Assembly (NCBI GenBank): GCA_044224175.1
Contig: JBGAKY010000033.1
Span: forward strand, 287-64,286
DNA length: 64,000 nt
Direction of reading: 5' to 3'
From: Rubrivivax sp.
GTDB lineage: Bacteria; Pseudomonadota; Gammaproteobacteria; Burkholderiales; Burkholderiaceae_C
Both the position numbers and the translations under genes were made by a program. Below are positions 40,157 to 49,364 of the stretch, piece after piece (position 1 is the first letter of the stretch; each line of letters opens with the position of its first letter). Below the pieces are notes generated by a model. It was not told where the DNA came from and did no database searches. It worked only from the letters and a program-made list of their open reading frames with translations.

Positions 40157-41023
40157 ATGCTGCCGCCTGCAGTACAGGGCGAGCCATTCGCTTTCGACGG
40201 CATCCAGGGTTACATGGCCGGCCGCGGCGCGCCGGTGCTGCTGGTGCACAGCGTCAACGCCGCCGCCTCGGTGGCAGAGGTGCGGCCGCTGTTCGAGCAC
40301 CTGAAGCAGAACCGCCGCGTCTACGCCATCGACCTGCCGGGCTTCGGCCGCTCCGACCGCAGCGCGCGCGACTACACGCCGCGCCTGATGACCGACGCGC
40401 TGCACGGTGCGGTGGCGCAGATCCGAAAGCGCGAAGGCGAGGTCGCGATCGACGGGCTTGCCGTTTCGCTCGGCAGCGAATTCCTGGCGCGCGCCGCCAG
40501 CGAGAAGCCCGCGCAGTGGCGCCGGCTGGCGCTGGTCAGCCCCACGGGCTTCTCCGGCAGCAAGGCCTGGCGCGCCGCGCCCGGTGACACGCGGCGCGTG
40601 CCGGGGCTGCTGTCGGCACTGTCGGTGCCCTTGTGGGCGGGCCCGCTCTTCAACGCCCTCACGCGGCCAGGCGTGGTGCGCTACTTCCTGGAAAAGACCT
40701 GGGGCGGCAGGAACATCGACGAACCGATGTGCGAATACGCCGTGCTCACCGCGCGCGAGCCCGGCGCCCGGCACGCGCCGCTGGCCTTTCTCTCCGGCGG
40801 GCTCTTCAGCGCCGACGTGCACACGCTGTACGAGTCGCTGCGGCAGCCGGTGTGGATGAGCCACGGCGTGCGCGGCGACTTCACCGACTACCGCGGCAAG
40901 ACGATCGTCGAAGGCCGGCCCAACTGGCGCATCACCGTGTTCCAGACCGGCGCCATGCCCTACTTCGAGCAGCCGGACGCGTTCATGCGCGAGCTGGACA
41001 GCTTCCTCGCCGCGTCTCCCTAG
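40157..41023 (+). CDS. Alpha/beta-fold hydrolase
   Basis: VLLVHSVNAA, AIDLPGFGRS, AVSLG elbow, LALVSPTG, MPYFE. Confidence 0.85.
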   Translation: MLPPAVQGEPFAFDGIQGYMAGRGAPVLLVHSVNAAASVAEVRPLFEHLKQNRRVYAIDLPGFGRSDRSARDYTPRLMTDALHGAVAQIRKREGEVAIDGLAVSLGSEFLARAASEKPAQWRRLALVSPTGFSGSKAWRAAPGDTRRVPGLLSALSVPLWAGPLFNALTRPGVVRYFLEKTWGGRNIDEPMCEYAVLTAREPGARHAPLAFLSGGLFSADVHTLYESLRQPVWMSHGVRGDFTDYRGKTIVEGRPNWRITVFQTGAMPYFEQPDAFMRELDSFLAASP

Positions 41024-41084
41024 TCCGCGCCTTGCCGGCCCCGTGCCGCGCGCGCACCATCGGTGCGATGAAGGCGATGACCAC

Positions 41085-41663
41085 ATGAACGGCGTCCTCC
41101 AATGGCAGGACGCGCTGGCCTGGTTCGGCAACGACCTGGACGAACACGCGCGCCGCCTGGAAACCGCCGGCCAGACCACCTACGGCCTGCTGGCCTGCCG
41201 CTTCCTGCACGGCGACAGCGCCCTCGAAGCCAGCCGCGACCGCCTGCACGCCGAACGTCACCTGCTGCTGACCGACCTGTGGACCGAACAGTTGCCGCGC
41301 GCGCTGGACACCTGGGACCAGCGCAGCGGCCCGATGTTGGTGCTGCTGGCGCTGAACCGCACGCCCTGCGCCGACTGCGCTTCGCGCCTGGCGCGCGCGC
41401 TCAATCGCCTGAACGACCGTTTCCCGCTCGGCGCTGAACGCCAGCATTTCGTGCTGGCCGCGCGCGGCTACTACCAGGGCCGCGGCTTCATGGAAAGCGA
41501 CCGCGCACGCGTGAAGGAGGGCCAGCCTTCGCGCGACGTCACCACCCACCGCAGCCTGCAGGCCATGCGCGAAGCCGGCTGGCGGCTGGCGGCGCTGGAC
41601 TTCGGCAACGGCCTCAGCCGGCGCGGCCAGGAGTGGCTGGAATACCTGCAGCACCCCCACTGA
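41085..41663 (+). CDS. Zn-dependent deaminase, AID/APOBEC-like fold (192 aa, stand-alone)
   Basis: H55-A-E57 (codon 41247) and N-R-T-P-C95-A-D-C98 (41367, 41376). Downstream FVLAARGYY and SLQAMREAGWRLAAL parallel AID/CDA1 beta4-loop7 and alpha4-beta5. Confidence 0.8.
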   Translation: MNGVLQWQDALAWFGNDLDEHARRLETAGQTTYGLLACRFLHGDSALEASRDRLHAERHLLLTDLWTEQLPRALDTWDQRSGPMLVLLALNRTPCADCASRLARALNRLNDRFPLGAERQHFVLAARGYYQGRGFMESDRARVKEGQPSRDVTTHRSLQAMREAGWRLAALDFGNGLSRRGQEWLEYLQHPH

Positions 41664-41784
41664 GCCGCCCACCGGAACGCGTGGGGCGCCGCGGCGCTGC
41701 AGCCGCGAGGGATCGTCCAGAATCGGGCCGCGAGCGCCCGATGACCGCCCCGATCACCTCTTTGCCGACTGCCGCCGCGCGCTG

Positions 41785-44700
41785 ATGGAACAGCGCGCCC
41801 TGCAGGATGGCCGGCTGCGCCTGCTGGGCCCGGCGCGCGCCGAAAGCGAAGGCACCGAACTTCGCTTTCCCGACCGCAAGTGCCTGGCCATCGTGGCCGT
41901 GCTGGCGCTGGACGGCCCCTGCACGCGCGCGCGCCTGGCCGACCTTCTGTGGGACAGCGCCGACGCGCGGCGCAACCTGCGGCGCGAGCTGCACCGCCTG
42001 CGCGACGCCGGCTTCGAGCCCTTCGTGGCGGCCGAAGGCGACCTGCTCTGGCTGCGCGAAGCGGTGCAGGTGGACGCGGCCGCCTTCCGCGCCTCCTGGG
42101 CCGCGGGCGACGCCGAACGCGCGCTCGACCTGTACGCCGGCACGCTGCTCGAAGGCTTCGACGTCGGCGCCGCCGAGCCCTTCCAGGACTGGCTGGCCGC
42201 GCAGCGTTCGGCGCTGGCGCACGCATGGCGCGCGGCCGCGCTGGCGCGCGGCGAAGCGCTCGAAGCGGCCGGCCGCCTGCGCGACGCGCTGGCGCTGGCG
42301 AACCGGCTGGTCGAAGCCGACCTGCTGCAGGAATCGCACTACCGGCGCGCGATGGCGCTGCACGGCGCCCTGGGCGAACGCGAGGCGGCGCTCGCCCTCT
42401 ACGAACGCTGCCGCCGCCTGCTGGGGCGCGAACTGGGCCTGAAGCCGCTGCCCGAGACGGTGGCGCTGGCCGACCGCATCCGCAGCGGTGCGGCCGCGCC
42501 GGCCGCTGCGCCGGCGCCGCTGCCGGCGCTGCAGACGCTGGGCACCGGCGCGCCGCTGGTCGGTCGCGAGCCGCTGCTGGCCACGCTGGAAGCGGCACTG
42601 GGCGGCCGGCTGGCGGTGCTGCGCGGCGCCGCCGGCATCGGCAAGAGCAGTCTGCTGCGCCAGCTGGCTTCGCGCCGGCCCGGCCTGCAGGTGCATGCGG
42701 CGCGGTTGTCGGACCGGCGCGTGCCCTTCGCCGCGCTGGCGCGCTGGCTGCGCGGCGGGCTCGAAGGCGTGGCGCTGCCGCCCTGGGTGTCGGCCGAGGT
42801 GGCGCGGCTGCTGCCCGCGCTGGGCGCGGCGCCGCCACCGATCGCCAGCGATGCGCAGCGCCTGCGCTTCTTCGAGGCCCTGGCCCTGGCCTGGCGCGCC
42901 GCGTTCGGCGACGACGGCGCCCTGTTCGACGACTGGCAGTTCGTCGACGACGCCAGCGCCGGCTGGTGGACCTGGTGGTTCGGCCAGCACGAAGGCGGCG
43001 CGGTGCTGGTGGCCGAACGGCCGCTCGAGGCGCTGCCCGCCGCCGCCACCGCGCTGGAAGAGGCGCTGCAGTCGGCCGCCGGCCGCGTGGTGGAAGTGCC
43101 GCCGCTGGCCGAAGACGAGATGCTCGCTCTGGTGCGGCGCCTGTCCGGCAGCGCCGAGCCGCGCCGCTTCGCGCACCGGCTGTGGCAGGCCACCGGCGGC
43201 CACCCGTTCTACGCGCTGGAGACGCTGCAGCACCTGCTGCAGACCGAGGTGATCCGCGTCGACGCAATGGGCCAGTGGCACACCCCCTACGACGACGCCA
43301 CCACCGACTACCGCGAACTGCCGATCGCGCCTTCGGTGCAGGCGGCGGTGGTGCAGCGCCTGCGGTCGCTGGACGAAGCCGTGCAGCGCCTGCTGGAAGC
43401 CGCCAGCCTGACCGGCGACGACTTCACGCTCGCGCTGGTGGCGCGTGCCAGCGCGCTGGGCGAATGGGACGCACTGCGCGCGCTGGAAGCGGCGCTGCAC
43501 GCGCGCGTGCTGGCGCGCACCGCCGAACCGGCGGGCCGCTTCCGCTTCGGCCACGACCTGTTCGCACAGGCGGTGGCGGCATCGCTGTCACCCGAGCGGC
43601 GCGCGTTGCTGCACCGCGCGCTGGCGCAGCACCTGGCCGAAGAAGGCGCGGCACCGGCGCGCGTGGCGGCGCACTTCGAAGCCGCCGGCGACGCCGCCAC
43701 CGCGCGCGGCTGGCACCTGCGGGCGCTGCAGGCTTCCTACGACCGCCTGCTCGCCGCCGACATGCTGCAGCATGCCGCGCGCGTGCTGGCGCTCGACCCC
43801 GAGCCCGAGGACGCGGTGCGCGCCCACCTGGCGCGCATGCAGGCCCTGCGCCTGGTGTCGCAGTCGGAAGCCGCGTTCGAAGCCATGGAACAGGCGCTGG
43901 GCGCGCTCTCGCCGCGCCACCCGCTCGCCCTGCGCGTGCTGGTGGCGGCCGAGCAGTCGCGCATGCTGGGCCGCTTCGGCCGCCACGAAGAGGCGGTGCA
44001 GGTGCTGGCGCCGCTGCTCGCCGACCCCGCGGTGGAAGACGAGGACCGGGCGCCGCTGCTGGCCGCGCGCGGGCGCGCGCTGCGCGGGCTGGGGCGCTAC
44101 GACGAGGCCGCCGCCGCGCTGGAAGGCGCGCTCGCGCTGCTGGGCGACGAGGTCGGCGACGCGCATGCCGAGCTGATGGAAGACCTCTCGCGGCTGGCCA
44201 TGAGCCAGGGCGACGTCGACCGCGTGCGCGTCTGGGCCGGGCGCGCGGCGGCGGCCGCGGCGGGCGGCGAGAACCCGGCGCGCCTGGGGGCGGCGCTCAT
44301 GATGTGCGGCGTGGCCGAACTGCAGTCCGGCTGCTTCGAAGCGGCGCAGGACGTGCTGCTGCGATCGCGCGCGGTGGGCGCGCGCCACGGGCTGGTGTCG
44401 GTGGAGCGCGGCGCGATCCTGAACCTGGTGTCGGTGTGGCTGGCGCAAGGCGAACGCGTGCGCGCGATGCAGGCGGTCGAGGAAGGTTTTGCACTGTCGC
44501 CGCGCTTCGCCAGCGCTTCGGAGCGCCAGGCCTTCGTGGAGGCGCGCTTCCAGTGCCGGCTCGACGCCGGCGAACTGGGCCTGGCCTGCGACGCGATGGA
44601 CGATCTGGTGCGCCAGTCGATGGAGGCGGTGGACCGGGACCGCACGCTGAGCGGCCTGTCGGTGGCGCTGGAACTGCCGCTGGCGATGCACGACGTGGCC

Positions 44701-45240
44701 GCGGCGCGCCGCATTGCCGACCTGGCGCTCGGCCAGCTGGGCGACGTGCTGGGCGAGCAGGCGGCGCAGGTGCTGTCGAAGGCGGCGGCGCTGGCGGCGA
44801 TCGAGGGCGACTTTGCCCGCGCCGGCGCGCTGCTGCAGCGTGCGCGCACGGCGCCGCTGCGGCGGCCCGAGTCGCGCGCGATCCTGGTCGCCCTGTCGGT
44901 GCTGGCGAGCCGGCGCCAGGGCGTCGCGCCGCCCGAAGGGCTGCAGGACCTGCTGGCCGACGTCAGCCCCGAGTCGGTCTCCGCCGAGAGCTGGGCCTTG
45001 CTGCTGGCCCAGCTGGTGACCTTGCGCGCGCCGGCCCGGCGCCAGGCCCAGGCGCTGGAAGCGCTGGCTTCGGGCCGCCTGCCGGCGCTGGTGGCGCTTC
45101 AACTGCACGACGCGCTGGCCGCTTCGGGCCTGGAGCCCGCTGCACAAGGCCGCGCGCTGGCCGCCGGCCTGCGCGCCAGCCTGGCGCAGCGGCCGCGCGA
45201 GCAGGCCCTCTTCGACCGCCGCTTCGAACGCTGGGTCTGA
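41785..45240 (+). CDS. SARP/BTAD-STAND ATPase-TPR transcriptional regulator (AfsR/MalT-like)
   Basis: wHTH RARLADLLW..RRNLRRELHRLR; BTAD ALDLYAG.LLEGF..FQDWL; Walker A GAAGIGKS; Walker B LFDDWQFVD; GGHPFYALE; FGHDLF; TPR-like C-terminus. Confidence 0.9.
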   Translation: MEQRALQDGRLRLLGPARAESEGTELRFPDRKCLAIVAVLALDGPCTRARLADLLWDSADARRNLRRELHRLRDAGFEPFVAAEGDLLWLREAVQVDAAAFRASWAAGDAERALDLYAGTLLEGFDVGAAEPFQDWLAAQRSALAHAWRAAALARGEALEAAGRLRDALALANRLVEADLLQESHYRRAMALHGALGEREAALALYERCRRLLGRELGLKPLPETVALADRIRSGAAAPAAAPAPLPALQTLGTGAPLVGREPLLATLEAALGGRLAVLRGAAGIGKSSLLRQLASRRPGLQVHAARLSDRRVPFAALARWLRGGLEGVALPPWVSAEVARLLPALGAAPPPIASDAQRLRFFEALALAWRAAFGDDGALFDDWQFVDDASAGWWTWWFGQHEGGAVLVAERPLEALPAAATALEEALQSAAGRVVEVPPLAEDEMLALVRRLSGSAEPRRFAHRLWQATGGHPFYALETLQHLLQTEVIRVDAMGQWHTPYDDATTDYRELPIAPSVQAAVVQRLRSLDEAVQRLLEAASLTGDDFTLALVARASALGEWDALRALEAALHARVLARTAEPAGRFRFGHDLFAQAVAASLSPERRALLHRALAQHLAEEGAAPARVAAHFEAAGDAATARGWHLRALQASYDRLLAADMLQHAARVLALDPEPEDAVRAHLARMQALRLVSQSEAAFEAMEQALGALSPRHPLALRVLVAAEQSRMLGRFGRHEEAVQVLAPLLADPAVEDEDRAPLLAARGRALRGLGRYDEAAAALEGALALLGDEVGDAHAELMEDLSRLAMSQGDVDRVRVWAGRAAAAAAGGENPARLGAALMMCGVAELQSGCFEAAQDVLLRSRAVGARHGLVSVERGAILNLVSVWLAQGERVRAMQAVEEGFALSPRFASASERQAFVEARFQCRLDAGELGLACDAMDDLVRQSMEAVDRDRTLSGLSVALELPLAMHDVAAARRIADLALGQLGDVLGEQAAQVLSKAAALAAIEGDFARAGALLQRARTAPLRRPESRAILVALSVLASRRQGVAPPEGLQDLLADVSPESVSAESWALLLAQLVTLRAPARRQAQALEALASGRLPALVALQLHDALAASGLEPAAQGRALAAGLRASLAQRPREQALFDRRFERWV

Positions 45241-45334
45241 GCGCGGCGTCCCCCCGCGAACGCGGGGGCGTCGGCGGCAGCGTCGGCGGTTTCTGGGACG
45301 CCCTTGCAACGCCCCACCGGCCATCGTGCCGGCC

Positions 45335-45538
45335 ATGTCCTGGTACGAGCCCGATCCCACCGACCCGGCGCCGCGCTGCTTCGTGCTGATGGTGCTGCCC
45401 GAGACGCCGCAGCGCGCCTGGAGCGCGCGCCTGCGCGCCGCCGACGGGGTGGAGATCCGGTTCGACAACCCGATCGAGCTGATGCGCCACCTGGTGCAGC
45501 TGGGACAAGCGCGGCCGCCGGCAGGCGGCCTTCGATGA
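45335..45538 (+). CDS. Small hypothetical protein (67 aa)
   Basis: FVLMVLPE..WSARLRAADGVEIRFDNPIELMRHL; clean ORF between the regulator and the PKD gene. Confidence 0.65.
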   Translation: MSWYEPDPTDPAPRCFVLMVLPETPQRAWSARLRAADGVEIRFDNPIELMRHLVQLGQARPPAGGLR

Positions 45539-45554
45539 AGCGATGGAGGTGGAT

Positions 45555-48500
45555 GTGAGCAGACCCGAAGGAAGCGCCCCCTGGGCGCGTGCATGTGCGA
45601 TGGCGGCGGCGCTGGCGCTCGCGGCCTGCGGCGGGGGCGGCGGCGGTGGCGAAGCGGCCCCCACGACGTCGCCGTCGCCTTCGCCTTCGCCTTCGGCCAA
45701 CCACGACCCGCTGGCCGCCTTCAGTGCCGCCGGCAGCGTGGCGGCCGGCACCGCGCTGGCGCTCGACGGCAGCGCCAGCAGCGACGCCGACGGCGACACG
45801 CTCACGTACCACTGGGATTTCGGCGACGGCCGCTTCGGCGGCGGCGCGCGCATCGCCCACCTCTACGCGCAGGCCGGCGGCTACACGGTGACACTGACCG
45901 TGGACGACGGGCACGGCGGCGTGCACCAGGCCACCCAGGCGGTGACCGTCAGCGCTGCCCCCGCCGCCGTGGCGCAGGTGAGTGCCAGCGTGCTGGTGCG
46001 CGCCGGCGACGGCACACCGCTGTCCGGCGTGACCGTGGTGCCCACCGTGGGCGGCACGGCGGCCACCACCGGCGCCGACGGCACCGCCAGCGTGACGGTG
46101 GGCACCGGCACGCCGCAGATGCTGAAGTTCAGCAAGCCGGGCTACGCCGACCAGTTCCGCAGCGCCACGCTGCCGGCCGGCGCCGAGAGCGGCTACGTGG
46201 AGGTGCGCATGCTCGCGCGCGAAGCGGCGCAGACGCTGGCCGACGCGGCGGCCGGCGGCAGCCTCACCGGCCTGCACGGCGCCAAGGTCACCTTCCCCGC
46301 CGGGGCGCTGGTCGACGCCGCCGGCAAGGCCGTCAGCGGCCCCGTGCAGGTCTCCATCACGCCGGTGGACGTGGCCGCAGACGCGCGCCTGTTCCCGGGC
46401 GAGTTCGCTGGCGTGCGCACCGACGGCACCGGCGGCCCGCTGCTGAGCTACGGCACGGTGGAATACACGCTGGCCGCCGCCGGCGCGCCGGTGCAGATGG
46501 CGCCGGGCCGCAAGGCCACGGTCGAGCTGCCGGTCTTCACCGGCCTGCACCCCGACGGCAGCGCGGTGAAGGCGGGCGACACGGTGGCGCTGTGGTCGCT
46601 GGACGAAGCCAGCGGGCGCTGGATCGAGGAAGGCAGCGGCACCGTCGTCGTCTCGGCCGCCACCCCCACCGGCTTCGCGCTGCGCGCCGAGGTCCAGCAC
46701 TTCACTTGGTGGAACGTCGACCAGATCACCGACAAGATCACCTACCCCGAGCCGAAGTGCCTGGTCGACACCAACCTGGACGGCGTGCTCGAGGACCTGA
46801 CCGGCACCGGCTACTGCTGGCACGCCGGCACCGGCCCCGAGCAGCCGAAGAAGATCATGTCCGCCTACACCGCCCGGCACCGGCCGGCGGCCGCTGCCGC
46901 AGGCCTTCGCCTGCCGGCCTACATGGTGTTCGGCGCCACGCCGGCCGCCGGCGGCCAGGCGCTCGAACTGCCGGCCGACGTGGACGTGACGCTGCATTCG
47001 TACGCCAGGAACGGCACCCTGTTCGGCACCAGGCTCGTCAACCAGGCGGTCGGCGTGCGCCAGGAAGTCCAGGTCGTGCTGTACCCGGTGAAGGGCATCG
47101 ACGGCACGCTGGCGGTGACGCTGCCTTACGTCGATTCGGTGCTGATGTCGGACGTCGGCGAACTCGACCGGATCACCTTCAGCGCCGAGGCCGGCGCCAG
47201 CTACGAAGTCAGCGTGGCGGCGGTGCAGGGCTCGCTGCTGGCCGGCGCGGTCAGCGTCAGCGGCCCGGGCGGCACGCTGCTGTCGGGCAGCTTCGACAGC
47301 GCCGCCTTCAGCGGCGTGGCCGCGCCTTCCAGTGCCGGCACGGTGACGGTGGCGGTCACCGCGTTGACGCAGGTGCCGGGCTCGTACCGCATCAGCATCC
47401 GCAAGCTGGCCACCTCGGCCTGCGCCAGCCCCACCGCGCTGGCCGTGCCTTCCAGCACCCCCGGCGTCAGCGTCGCCTCGGGCAACGTGCGCTGCTTCAC
47501 CCTGCCGGTGACGGCCGGCCAGGTGATCGAGATCCGCAACGGGTCGGTCGCCGGCGGCGAAGGCAGCTTCACGCTGCGTTCGCCCGACGGCGAGGCGCTG
47601 GCGAGCGACAGCTACGGCCCGACCGGCAGCAACCTGGGCCTGCTGCGCGTGGGCCTGGCGCAGTCCGGCACCTACCGGCTGGAGATCAGCAACACCGCGC
47701 TCAACACGGCCAGCCTGGGCACGCTCACGGTGTCGGCCCTGTCGGCCACCACGCTGGCCACCCCGGCCGCCACCGCCGTGCCGGTGGGCACCGGCAGCGC
47801 CCGCTACTACGTGCTGCAGCCGCCTTCGGCCGGCGCGCCGATGGCGGTGACGCTGGGCGCCACCGGCGCGCCCTACGGCATCACGCTGTCGCCGGGCAAC
47901 GCCTTCTGGCAGGTGGGTGCTTCAGGCGGCACGACGGAAGCGCGCGACCTTCGCGTGGTGCAGCCGCACCCGCTGGTGCTGCCGGTGGCCGAGGTGGTGC
48001 GCATGACCGGCAGCAACGCCACCAGCGTGACGCTGGCCACGTCGGCGCCGACACTGCTGAGCACCGACACCGACTTCGACGGCACCAGCCCGGCGCTGGA
48101 CGGCATCGCGGCCTACGCGGTCCCCGCGCTGGCCGGCAAGTGGTCGTGGGACGCGGTGCGCACCGGCAGCGCCACCGACGTGCCCAACGTGAGCGTCTAC
48201 TCGCCCACCGGCGTGGGTCCCGGCGGCCTGACCCGCGGCGTGGTGAACACGCTTTCCGAAGGCGGCCTCTACACGGTGGTGATGAAAGGCACCACCGCCA
48301 GCAACAGCGGCCAGAACTTCCGCATGCGCTTCAACCAGCTGCCCGAACCGACGCCGGTGGACGCGGCCGCCGCCACCAGCCTGAGCGGCACGCTGGCGGT
48401 GGGCGAGATCAAGCGCTGGCTGGTGCCGCTGGCCACGGGCCGCGTGGCGGCGTTCAATCTCTCGCGACCCGGCGGCAGCCTGAACGCGACCGCGGTGTTC

Positions 48501-49361
48501 ACCGGCGGCAACGTCTACCAGAGCTCGATCGCGCTCTCCAACGCGGTCGCTTCGGCGCAGGGCAACGCGTTCTACGTCGGCAGCGGCAGCGGCGGCGTGG
48601 AATTCCAGCTCGGCGCCGGGGGCGACACGCTGGCGCAGCGCAGCGGGCCCTTCACGCTGGTGCTGCAGGCGCCCACGCCGGCTTCGCAGACCGTCGGCGA
48701 CCTGTTCACCGGCAGCGTGGCGCCGGGAGCCGTGGGTGAATGGAGCTGGCTGCTGCCGGCCGACAACGCGATGCGCCTGTGCGTGCGCGCCACCGGGCCG
48801 GCCGACGCCACGACCGACAACCTGTCGGCCATCGTCTGGGGGCCGAGCGCCACGTCGAGCACCTACACCGGCGACCTGCGCTCGAGCACCGGCGACCCCG
48901 GGCCGCTGCAGTCGCGCCTGTTCTACGGCAACCTGCGCGCCGGCACCAACACGCTGTCGCTGGTGAACGCCACGGGCGCGGCGATCGCCGTCCAGGGGCG
49001 CATGGTGCAGCACACGCCGCCGGCCGACCTGGTGGTGGGCGGCGCACCGGGCAGCGGCAGCATCCAGCCCTGCACGCGCGGCTTCCACCGCTGGGCGGCG
49101 ACCATAGGCACCACCTACACGGTGCGCGTGACGGCCGACTTCGCCGGCACCGTGCGCGTCACCAGGCAGGCGGGCAGCGACTTCGCGACCCACGCCGAGC
49201 GCAACCCCGGCGTGCTGCGGCTGGTGCCGGGCGTGGAGACGGTGCTCAGCGACACCTTCCGCGCCGGCGAAGCGCTGGGCAGCGCGGCGACCTTCGTCGT
49301 CGACGTCGAAGGCGACCTCGACGCCAGCGGCAGCTACACGGTGACCGTGAGCACGCCCTGA
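45555..49361 (+). CDS. Large lipoprotein: PKD domain, ZU5/GAIN-like region with HF|T motif, beta-sandwich repeats
   Basis: GTG 45555 with RBS GGAGG (ATG 45543 is in frame); lipobox LAACGGGG; SPSPSP linker; PKD LDGSASSDADGDTLTYHWDFGDG..YTVTLTV; WSLDEASGRWIEEG..VQHFTWWNVD. Confidence 0.8.
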   Translation: MSRPEGSAPWARACAMAAALALAACGGGGGGGEAAPTTSPSPSPSPSANHDPLAAFSAAGSVAAGTALALDGSASSDADGDTLTYHWDFGDGRFGGGARIAHLYAQAGGYTVTLTVDDGHGGVHQATQAVTVSAAPAAVAQVSASVLVRAGDGTPLSGVTVVPTVGGTAATTGADGTASVTVGTGTPQMLKFSKPGYADQFRSATLPAGAESGYVEVRMLAREAAQTLADAAAGGSLTGLHGAKVTFPAGALVDAAGKAVSGPVQVSITPVDVAADARLFPGEFAGVRTDGTGGPLLSYGTVEYTLAAAGAPVQMAPGRKATVELPVFTGLHPDGSAVKAGDTVALWSLDEASGRWIEEGSGTVVVSAATPTGFALRAEVQHFTWWNVDQITDKITYPEPKCLVDTNLDGVLEDLTGTGYCWHAGTGPEQPKKIMSAYTARHRPAAAAAGLRLPAYMVFGATPAAGGQALELPADVDVTLHSYARNGTLFGTRLVNQAVGVRQEVQVVLYPVKGIDGTLAVTLPYVDSVLMSDVGELDRITFSAEAGASYEVSVAAVQGSLLAGAVSVSGPGGTLLSGSFDSAAFSGVAAPSSAGTVTVAVTALTQVPGSYRISIRKLATSACASPTALAVPSSTPGVSVASGNVRCFTLPVTAGQVIEIRNGSVAGGEGSFTLRSPDGEALASDSYGPTGSNLGLLRVGLAQSGTYRLEISNTALNTASLGTLTVSALSATTLATPAATAVPVGTGSARYYVLQPPSAGAPMAVTLGATGAPYGITLSPGNAFWQVGASGGTTEARDLRVVQPHPLVLPVAEVVRMTGSNATSVTLATSAPTLLSTDTDFDGTSPALDGIAAYAVPALAGKWSWDAVRTGSATDVPNVSVYSPTGVGPGGLTRGVVNTLSEGGLYTVVMKGTTASNSGQNFRMRFNQLPEPTPVDAAAATSLSGTLAVGEIKRWLVPLATGRVAAFNLSRPGGSLNATAVFTGGNVYQSSIALSNAVASAQGNAFYVGSGSGGVEFQLGAGGDTLAQRSGPFTLVLQAPTPASQTVGDLFTGSVAPGAVGEWSWLLPADNAMRLCVRATGPADATTDNLSAIVWGPSATSSTYTGDLRSSTGDPGPLQSRLFYGNLRAGTNTLSLVNATGAAIAVQGRMVQHTPPADLVVGGAPGSGSIQPCTRGFHRWAATIGTTYTVRVTADFAGTVRVTRQAGSDFATHAERNPGVLRLVPGVETVLSDTFRAGEALGSAATFVVDVEGDLDASGSYTVTVSTP

Positions 49362-49364
49362 ACC

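Noticed and set aside
35370-40187. Very long antisense/alternate-frame ORFs (e.g. 35370..40187, 2576..5506, 29625..32687, 41880..45389)
   Set aside because: Shadow ORFs typical of high GC: Arg/Ala/Gly/Pro-rich, no motifs, and overlapping well-supported genes.
41085-41663. Calling the deaminase TadA, dCMP deaminase or RibD
   Set aside because: Lacks TadA (EVPVGA, TLEPC), dCMP deaminase and RibD-reductase context motifs; downstream elements fit AID/APOBEC better.
41741-41785. 14-codon ORF (MTAPITSLPTAAAR) whose stop overlaps the BTAD start
   Set aside because: No RBS or regulatory codon pattern; could be an indel-split N-terminus or chance.
45660-45700. TCGCCT/GAAGG short tandem repeats (also 49600-49660)
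   Set aside because: They encode Ser-Pro linkers with synonymous variation, so they are not phase-variation tracts.
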